The position numbers were made by a program, and so were the translations under genes. Shown here one piece after another: positions 55,091 through 64,000 of a stretch of 64,000 nt of DNA. The notes beneath the pieces were generated by a model. The model was not told the origin of the DNA and searched no databases. It worked only from the letters and a program-made list of their open reading frames with translations. This stretch comes from Oopsacas minuta (lineage: Eukaryota > Animalia > Porifera), in NCBI GenBank assembly GCA_024704765.1, contig JAKMXF010000199.1:62001-126000 (forward strand), written 5' to 3'. Within the stretch, counting starts at the first letter, position 1; each line of letters opens with the position of its first letter.

Positions 55091-56380
55091 GTGATAAATT
55101 ATCTTATTGAAGGATTTATATACAATTTCCACCGCGATAGCGTAAAGGCCCAGTGGCGTTGTCAAGTAAAAGATTGTAAGGGAAGTCTACACACAAAAAC
55201 TACAAAAGTCCTTAAAACGTTGGGCCAACACTGTCATGGTTTATATTCTGTGCAAGCATTGAGAGACGGACTCGAGAGAATCCACATCGAATCGTAGCCG
55301 AAGCTTCTGGCGATTTGTCTGAGCTTGCCAAAACGCTTTTGCCTCCTGAAAATAGTCTTGAGAAAACTTGCCAAAGAGTAAGACCAGCTCGAGCTAATCC
55401 TACTTCTCTCCAAGACCTGAGTATAGATCAAAATCTGAAAACCCTAGGAGGAATAGCGTTTTAGATTTACGATTCAGGCCCTGGGCCAGACAGAATTATA
55501 ATGGTCGGTACAGAAGAAAACAAAATCTTCTAATTAATTCTTCAATATGGATGTCAGATGAACTTTCAAGACTGTTCCTTCTCTATTCGCACAACTTTAC
55601 ACGATCCATGGATTAACCGGCGGAGTATTTCCATTCAGAGATGGACATCTGATTGCTTGTGTCTGTGTCTTGCTCCCAGGCAAGAGTTCATTCTATTATA
55701 GGAAGATGTGGACAAACTTAAAAGATGTTTGTCCGACCTCTAATCCACAGCATCTTATAGTAGATTTTGATAAATCTGCTATTAATACCTTCCGAGAGGT
55801 TTGGCCTTCGACTTTTGTTATGGGGTCTTTTTTTCATCTATCTCAGGCTGTGTACAGAAAAATGCAGGAAGTTGGATTGTAAACTCGCTATCTAAACTAT
55901 CATGACTTTTCTGTACTTATCAGAATGCTACCTGCTCTAGTGTACCTACCACCTCAACTTGTTCTTCCTACTTTTGAATGATTGAAGCCACTATTTCCTA
56001 ATGATGCACTATCGTTATATGAATATTTTGAAAACACATACGTTGGGAGGAGAAATGAATTCGGTTAGTAGGATACCCCATTATTCTCAATCGAGATGGA
56101 ACAATTTTCATCTGGTCTGATATGGTATACCAAGGACAACTAATGCCGTCGAAGGATGGAATCGTGCATTTTCAATCACGGTTGCGTGTCATCACCCGAC
56201 ATTCGGGAAATTTTGCAATACATTGGCATTGAGCAAGCGAGTGTCGAATTGCGGCAGGCACTATACTATAAAGGAGTCCAACCAACGAAATCCAAAAAGT
56301 CACTCGAGAATGAATCTACTTTGGTGACGCTAATATTGAACTATTTCACCAGGCCAATCATGACTTATCTCAAGAGTTAG
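55091..56380 (+). pseudogene. Decayed FLYWCH-MULE transposase
   Basis: GFIYNFHR...WRCQVKDCKGSLHT...HCH, YDSGPGPDRII, WMSD(G)TFKTVP..FAQLYTIHG, LLPGKS, IVDFDKSAIN, GSFFHLSQAVYRKMQEVGL; many frameshifts and stops. Confidence 0.88.
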
Positions 56381-57163
56381 CATTTAAAATAACATTTTAG
56401 GAAAAGTTCTCTTATCCCACTCTCAATTTAACAAGCTATCACAGTAGTGAACAATTATAGAATCTTCAACATTAATTTATAATCCAATATTATACCTTTA
56501 ATTAAATATTTCTCTTGAGCTGAGGAAAATAGGATAATTTAATTAGAGTTTGTCTAACAGGCGATGATCGTTCCGAACGATGAACACCATTTTTACATTA
56601 GTTTAATAGAAGAGGTGAGTTTTCAGGATTGAATTTGAACTTTCCTGGAAACTTGAGTAGATCTGGAATCTGCTTAATTTAGACATAGAGTTTAATTGAA
56701 ACTTTAATCTTGAATTTTTTCTTAAAAATTATAAGCATATTTAAATGTACTACAGTGAATGTCTGTTAACTCAAACAGAATTTGATTTCCTCTGAGGGTT
56801 CGAGATAACGGATGTTGACTATATGTGTACAAGAAGAGAAATTCTATTTATTATCGCAAATGAAAGATTCTACTGGTGTGCAGTTCGCCGAGTTAAAGTG
56901 AGCTGTAACCTTAGACTGATTTCTAAGTATTTACACAGAAAATCTGTACATAAGTGTCGTATTTCCTATTTCATAAAGTTTTTAAAATAGAGCTCCAAAT
57001 ATTTTATCAGGAGTTTGACGGATATAAATTTCTCTAAAAATGCAATAATCGTGTTTTGACTATTCAGTGTTAAAATGGGGTTGCAACACCCCTTATAGCA
57101 AGTTATAGGTATTCCTTAATTCTTGGGTGATTTTCAATCTTTCTTTCTTTTCAATATTAGCTG

Positions 57164-57571
57164 ATGTCTGGTGTGGATACGGGTAAATCTAAGAAGGGTC
57201 GATTAAAACGTCAGCTTCCTCAACGTACAAAGTATAATCAGACTATTGAAGAGAAAACGTTCGGAATTGTATCTGATGATTCTCTTCGATCTGGTCTACG
57301 TACAACTAAAACAAGAGGGCGACGTGCAGGGAGCAAAAAATCTGTAAAGTTGAAATATCCACATATACCCGCTAATATTCCCAGCATTCGTCATGGTGTT
57401 ATCCCAACTAAGCAAAATTATTTTGAAAAAGATGTATATGTTGGGGAGGATAATCAAGAATATCACATCGGAGATTCTGTATATATTCAGAGTGATACTT
57501 TATCAAGTGTATATTTCATTGGTCAAATTCGGGATTTCAGGACTACTCGAAAGGAAGAGCGATTAGTTGAG
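57164..57571 (+). CDS. RERE: RERE/atrophin-like corepressor, coding exon with basic N-terminus and first half of BAH domain (YHIGDSVYIQSDTLSSVYFIGQIRDF)
   Basis: In-frame ATG at 57164 just after a polypyrimidine/AG (exon likely starts 57161); donor GAG|GTAGAG, phase 0. Confidence 0.75.
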
Positions 57572-57905
57572 GTAGAGTCTTTTTCACTTATTTCTTTTAT
57601 TTACATCTTTATTTTGCTGACTTTAATGCAATGGATATATATATATCATAGCGCTATCCGCTTGCTAGTTTGCTTAAAGACGTTAGACAGTTTTGCTCTC
57701 TCCCTAGGCAATACATATATTCCCGAGGATGCTCTTCATCCAAATTCATATTTATTATCTTTAACTTTGAATAAGCCAAATTATTGGGTAATACATTTTG
57801 ATTATCTTATTTCGCCTTAATTTCTGCCTCCCGCTGCGACCGCTCAGTTCATTCCTATCCTCGATATGTCCCTGATGATTACAATGATCTGTATATCATC
57901 AGACT

Positions 57906-58255
57906 CAGGGCTGCATCAACTCATTTTGTGTTGGTAAATAACTCGTTTTTGTCTACCAACTCGTTTAACTCATTAAAATGATGAGTTGATTTACCAACTC
58001 GTTTTATAAACAAGAGATAAACTCGAAATAATGAGTTTAAACATTAACTGGTGTATTGTAGTTACGGCGGAAAAATACTTGTACATGGTTACATAATTTC
58101 TCCTTGATGATTCCTAATTCTTGTAACAGATAATGTACCTACTTTTCATTCATTTGATCACAACTGAGTCATTCACATTTGATCACAATCAACTCATTTA
58201 ACTGATTCAAGGAATTAGTTCATTTTCCAACTCAAAATGAGTTGATACAGCCCTG
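57906..58255. mobile_element. MITE in the RERE-like intron, 350 bp
   Basis: 29-bp TIR cagggctg(c/t)atcaactcattttg(t/a)gttgg with 2 mismatches; internal aactc/gagtt motifs; no TSD visible. Confidence 0.75.
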
Positions 58256-58377
58256 ATTAATACCGCGTTTTTGTCTTCAATCTTGACCATATGCATATGT
58301 TTTACTCGAACTTTCATAATTCGAACTAATTTATTTCCCGTGATAATTCGAATTACACTTGTTGACTGTATTTCTAG

Positions 58378-58728
58378 ATTCAATGGTATTACAGACCTTC
58401 TGAAGTCCCTGCCTCTGTCCTTGATAGTTTACTACAGGATCGAATCATTCAATCTAAAAATCATGAAGAAACAATTTGCTCTTTATTAAATGATCCTCAT
58501 GTTCGAACACGTGAACTATTTCGATGTGGTAGTAATGGTGAAAACTTTAACCTCACTTCTACATCACTTATTAAAGGCAAATGTTATGTAGTTTCACTAT
58601 CTGATATTATTAATTTGAGAGAATATACCTTGGGTGAAGATCACTTTTTTTGTATTCTTGGTTTTGATCCTATCACAAGGAGGCTCTCTGATTTTAAAGG
58701 TGAAATACGTGTTGGTCCAAGTCATCAG
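58378..58728 (+). CDS. RERE: RERE/atrophin-like corepressor, next exon: IQWYYRPSEVP...RELF...IKGKC...FFCILGFDPITRRLSDFKGEIRVGPSHQ (end of BAH, start of ELM2)
   Basis: Acceptor tttctAG|ATT and donor CAG|GTGATT, 351 nt, phase 0/0, open; WYYR.SEVP and GEIRVGPSHQ match RERE as recalled (MTA proteins have GEIRVG.RYQ). Confidence 0.85.
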
Positions 58729-61700
58729 GTGATTTATTTTATTTTTCCAAATTCTTATGTATATGTACACATGAATACTACACCAACACATTCAAATACT
58801 GATCCAGGAGTTAGTCAATGTGGGGGTTTATTGAGTGAATTATTATATTGGAGGAAATCAAATACGTAAAAGCGCCCTCTCATATGGAAGAAAATTGCTT
58901 CCCAAAATCGAAATTTATAAGTAACTCCTGCTCATAGCTAATTTATTTGAAAAATCCTGGTTGACAAATATTTCGTTGAAATTTACCGATTTCTATTTAG
59001 AAACAAAAAATTATTGCATTTATTGATTTTGGATATAAAATGCTAGTTAGGTGCCAAAATTTTAGGAATTTAATTCAAATTTAATACAGAGAACATTCTA
59101 ATGTCAAAACTGGGAAAAATATCGGCTTTCTTGAAAATTCTTTCAATCAATGAGCCTAGTTTCAGTGACAAATGTCAACAATAAAATTCTAACTCAATGA
59201 AAGTGAATTTTGGTAAATTTCTAGGGAATTTAAGAAAAATATTTCCATTTAACGGGTTTTTGGTAAAAATCGTTCAGGGGCCCGATTTCATTTTAAATTT
59301 CTTTAGCAAACATAGCAGAGATTTCACCTCTGCATTTTCTACAAACCGAGTACTGCTAGGATAATGTTATTTTATAACTTCTAAGTCTGTATTTTGCCAC
59401 TCTTCGATGCTTTATAAACCGATAAATATTGCCTTTTTCATATCAAAATTGAGTTATGAAATGATCCACAGCCTACGTAACTATAGCCTGTTTACTGACC
59501 AAATTTAGTCTATTGAAATTGGTAGGCAATTTGAATATTCTCGATAATATCGAATTGATACATTTTGCTCAAATAAATGTTTTATTGAATGATACAGCCT
59601 TCGAAATCTATAGCAAATTCACTGTATTTAATCATTATGGATTACTTCAAGTCTATTAAATTTGTTAGGCAATTCTAATATTCTCGGTTATATAAAATTG
59701 GCACATTTTACTCGAATAAATGTATTATTGATAGTTAATGATGAATAATAGCTATCCCATTAAACTTTACTCAGGTCGAAATGACATCATATGAACTGCA
59801 AATAAGGGATTATGTTGTCCAACATCTGCCATTTCTCAAGCTGTTTCATAGCTAGTACGACTTCGGTTTCAAAATTATCATCAATTAATTCAATGATGTT
59901 TTCATACAAAATTAGAAATTTTGTCATGATAAAGTCGTCACTTTACTGAGTTATATTAGATACCATGGATGGCATATATTTAGTCAATTCTCCTTATAAC
60001 TCGATAGTCGTTAGATTTATTATCAAATCACTCCAGCCATTAGTAAATACCGAACTTCCCATATCCTTGTAATATATTTTGGCACGATTATTCTAACCGA
60101 TGTTACACAATCGTGAGTATGCCCATAGTTTGTGATTTTCAAAATTATGCAATAATGTTTCAAGATATTACCGTATTTAAATGTATTACAAGGGTGTGGG
60201 AAGTTGAGTATGTAGTTGTAGCTCGATAGTCGAGTTACAACTACATACTTAACTTCCGATTTGACCATAACGACTCCGATTTATATGTATTTTTGCCTAA
60301 ACATGTCCCATCCTTGGTACCTAATATAACTCAGTAACGCGACAACTTTATGGTTACAAAATTTCATATTTTATGTATAAACATCCTTAGATCTCTTGAT
60401 ATTATTTCTGAAATCGAAGATGCACTAATGACCGTTTATCATAGCTTAAAAATTCTACATTTTGCAACATATTGCCATTTAACCTAAGATATTACATCAT
60501 TTTGAAATGTGGATAGTTGGAGGATATGCCTTGTGTATTTTATTAACTATTAATAATACATTTATTCGAGGCTACACTTACCTATTTTATATTATTGAGA
60601 AAGATTAAATTGCAAGTCAAATTTAATAAACTTGAAGTAATCCCTGGTCCAGGAAATTCTAGACCCGTTTATCTATTACCCCTCATAAACACATGCGCTC
60701 TGAGGGGTGGGGGTAAACCGTGCATTTGCCCCAGATATAAATCCTTGCCCCGTCTGGCCCGGTTCTGCCCACGACATGGGACCAACACTTCCTATAACAG
60801 AGACCAATGCCTGGGCAAAAGTCCTGGATTTGCTAAATCATGGACCACCCCTGGCTTTACCGATTTACATTTCTTTTCAGTTTATAATGTAAATTTGTTA
60901 CTTCAGCATAAATGTTTCAGTAAGCATTTATCACAAGAAATGGTTAAGATATCGTTTCGATTAAACTGAAAGAGTTACATGTATGTAAACACCTTCCAAA
61001 GTGACAAATAAATCTGAGTGCATCACATCCCTGAACTACGATGGGGTGGTTTCCTTTCTAATTACTTCAAGCAACCATAATGCAACTTTGTATCAAATTT
61101 GGTGCCTTTACCCGACTTGTCACGGTTTCAACGCTAACGACCCTGACTAAAAGTGTGAAAATTCGACTGAATTCTCAAAATTTGGCTATGAGGTATCGCA
61201 AATCATCTTAGTTTTAGGCATTCTTCAAATTGCAAACTCTCACTGACTATGTATACTTTTTGCATTGAAAAATGTAAAATACCACTAATATTGCATAGTT
61301 GCAATTACAGGCTATTTTTGCATCTCTTTTGTACGTACACAGACAAAGAAAATAAAGACAAAATCGGATAATATCGCCTAATCAAGAACAAAGTTCTTAC
61401 ATTTGGCTTGGCAGTAACTTTTAACTTATTGCAAGAACATTTCAAGAATCGTTGAATTTTGACATGAATATTGCAAGGACTATAAGTTCTTTCCAAGAAC
61501 TTTAATTGGCAAGAACTTTTGACTTATGACAATAACTTGACATTAACTTTACAGTCTGTGGCATGAACATAACATGAACTTTTCAAGTTTGTCGTAATTC
61601 GTGGACACTTTATCTGGCAATATTGAAATATTGGTGCAAAAATCGGCATTCTATATCGAACTTTCTATAGTTTCTGAAATTTGATTTTTTCTATATTTTT

Positions 61701-61992
61701 GATATGCTTTTGAAATCCTGATATCGATCCACGCCAATGATATACACACATGGTAGTCATTATCCCCAGCTATAAGTTTCAAAAATACCTTTCCTGTATG
61801 AACAGATGGACTCGTTGGACTCATCGTAGTGTGACTCGAATACAGAAGACAAATATTTCCATTCCCAAGCTCCCGTCTTACCACGCATTAACGTGAATTT
61901 AGCCCCTCTGGTAAACAAGCCATTACTTCAGCCTAATTTCTAGAAACGTTCACCTCAAAGGGCAAAGGACAGGGCAAAGCACACAAAGACCT

Positions 61993-62672
61993 CTTGTATG
62001 ACAGATTTACTACCATGACAGTTTTACTACCTTTACTACGTACTAGTGCCATGGATACTCTATATCCATGACAGAGTTTCTACCTTACATGACAGAATTA
62101 TTACCCTTTGATCATGACATTAAATCGTAATACTCAACTCTTAGTTCTTATCACACTGATAATAATGCATTTTCAATATTTCTTTGTTTCTGCTCTCGAA
62201 TTATATTACATAACTAGGCATAAGCAAGATAATTTTTCTTTTTCGTATGAACAGTTTTCTTCTACGCATTTAATATGAAATTGGACTGAGTTCGTTGTAC
62301 CAAACCAGAATTTGGTTTGACATGGGCCCTATGAGAAAGTTGCCCAACTATTTCCTCTATTTTAATTACTTAGCGAATTAAAATTCATATTTTATTTTAT
62401 TTTGAATATATATTGCTATCCTATTTAGTAAAAGTAACAATTTCGAAATAGATGAAGTGAGTAGACATATTGCTATTAATTTAACCCCAGGGCAGGAACA
62501 AAGAAACCATTGAAAATGCATTATCATCAGTATGATAATAACTAAGAGCTGAGTTATACGATTTAATGTCATGATCAAAGGGTAATAATTCTGTAATGTA
62601 AAGTAGGAACTCTGTCATAGATATAGAGTATCCATGGTACCGGCAATAGAGGTAGTAAATCTGTCATACAAC
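61993..62672. mobile_element. Foldback/MITE with ~200-bp TIRs, ~680 bp
   Basis: 61994-62190 is the reverse complement of ~62490-62671 (ttgtatgacagatttactacc...ccctttgatcatgacattaaatcgta); agacct flanks both sides (candidate 6-bp TSD). Confidence 0.8.
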
Positions 62673-62938
62673 AGACCTAACAAAGCCCCTTACTTACAGT
62701 TACGAATGTGAGTAATGAGATTAGCCCAGGAATGGCTAATTGGGAGCTACCCTCCAACGAGTTCTCTCATATGTTTTCTAATAAGCTGCCAACCGATTAA
62801 CAGCGAACAGCCGCGAAACAATTCAAAATAACTAAATAAGTTTAATGAAAGTAACTCACCCTGGTCTTTTCTATGAGATAGGATCCCTTATGGTCAGAGA
62901 AAAGTCGAGATCCAACGACAGTTACTACAAAGCATATG

Positions 62939-63004
62939 TCCCCTCTTGATATTAGCAACTAAACTGTCTCAAGGGCACGTTTAGTTGCTAATATCAAGAG
63001 GGGA
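62939..63004. other. Perfect hairpin: 26-bp stem, 14-nt loop
   Basis: tcccctcttgatattagcaactaaac - tgtctcaagggcac - gtttagttgctaatatcaagagggga. Confidence 0.92.
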
Positions 63005-63329
63005 TATTGACGACTCTACCTTAACTACGTACCCATTTAAGCATCTCTCACCATACTAGGATCATTAGCTACCTTATCGCCGGAAAAACGCATGCGTAGA
63101 GTATTCAAGGGTTTGATAACTACCTAAAATCTGACCTGAGAAACTGCCTCCAGATATTGAATCATCCCTGTTATCCAGGTAGGCACAGCTAACAAGCTGT
63201 GTGAATTGTCAAAAACTCACGAAGGTTCGAATCTTCAGCCCAGACATCTACTCGCATGAATTACACCTACGAATAAGTGCTAATGCTAGTATCTACAACA
63301 TCTCGCCCGAAAACCAGCTTTTTCTAAAA

Positions 63330-63940
63330 GGCCCTGTAGGAAGATCAGGTTCCACAGGGCTGGATATCAATACCGTCCCAAATACATAGAAAACAAATTT
63401 ATCAATTCAGTTTCTCGTTGGACCTCAAAACGCACGAAACCTTTCACAAATTGACTAACATTCAGTGCGTATATCTGGACCTATATCAGATACTCTCACA
63501 GACCTATATACACCGTTCCGACCTTCAGATTCAAGCCCTTATCATACATCAGGAAATAATGAATTTACTTACCATTCACGCAATTCAGGAGCCGACCTTA
63601 TTGGGCCGATGATATCTTGTCTGCCCCTCTGTTTTACAGAAATCTTCAATATGACCTAGCAGAGATAATCAAAGTGAACTCTTACTATCACCAAGTGACT
63701 AACAGGAGGAAACATCTTCGGACCAGATATGGTGGATTAATCAGAGTCACCAGTAGAACTCTGTCCCAATTCTTCCTCAGAAGGTATTCAACAAATAGAA
63801 TCTGATGCATCACTGCAAAGCTGATGCCGCGATAGAGAAAGTCCAGGTAGAGGCCTTTGTTACCTGTACACTAGAGGAAACCAACTTCATATAAACCTTT
63901 TAGAACTACTCTCGGCATTCTTCGATCTCAATGTTTCGCT
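63330..63940 (+). pseudogene. DIRS-like (tyrosine recombinase retrotransposon) RT/RNase H remnant
   Basis: Across frameshifts: YQF..F, TFHKL, APLFYRNLQ, QIWWI, IESDASLQ and HINLLELLSAF; the last two are typical of DIRS RNase H; the YxDD segment is not recognisable. Confidence 0.62.
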
Positions 63941-64000
63941 GACCAATTTGGAAACACAACTCAATAATCATATAGGCAAGACTGCAATGCCGTTCCTCAA

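Noticed and set aside
57572-57820. C-terminal 82 aa of the 218-aa ORF (VESFSLISFIYIFILL...), which looks like a membrane segment
   Set aside because: Read-through into the intron after the GAG|GT donor; splicing to 58378 restores the BAH domain
60595-60969. GC-richer 124-aa ORF as a possible next RERE-like exon
   Set aside because: No ELM2/SANT motif (AKLP, W.P) in the frames read; looks like a non-coding repeat

Overview
AT-rich eukaryotic (metazoan) genomic DNA, not prokaryotic. Gene content and the transposon mix suggest an early-branching animal such as a sponge (inference, not verified). Two spliced host genes sit head-to-head in a mosaic of transposable elements. (1) On the minus strand, five exons (42590-42384, 32369-32129, 26058-25734, 19768-19429, 4974-4750) join with canonical GT/AG sites and matching phases into a stop-free 446-codon N-terminal part of a probably secreted protein built from ~120-125 aa tandem repeats. 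It runs off the left edge, and two of its exons are absent from the ORF track. (2) On the plus strand are two exons of a RERE/atrophin-like (BAH + start of ELM2) gene, which runs off the right edge. The TEs include an apparently intact, intron-containing Ginger1 DNA transposon whose integrase is fused to an OTU protease. Decayed elements include a Chapaev-like transposase with a RAG1-like N-terminal zinc domain, a MULE with a C-terminal RING finger, a second MULE, a Tc1, a mariner carrying a nested hAT, a hAT nested in a CR1/L2-like LINE, a BED-hAT fragment and a DIRS-like remnant. There are also many MITEs with verifiable TSDs, two near-perfect hairpins and a ~390-bp (TAC)n tract. No rRNA, tRNA or CRISPR array was found. 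All family assignments come from motif recognition by eye; no database search was run.
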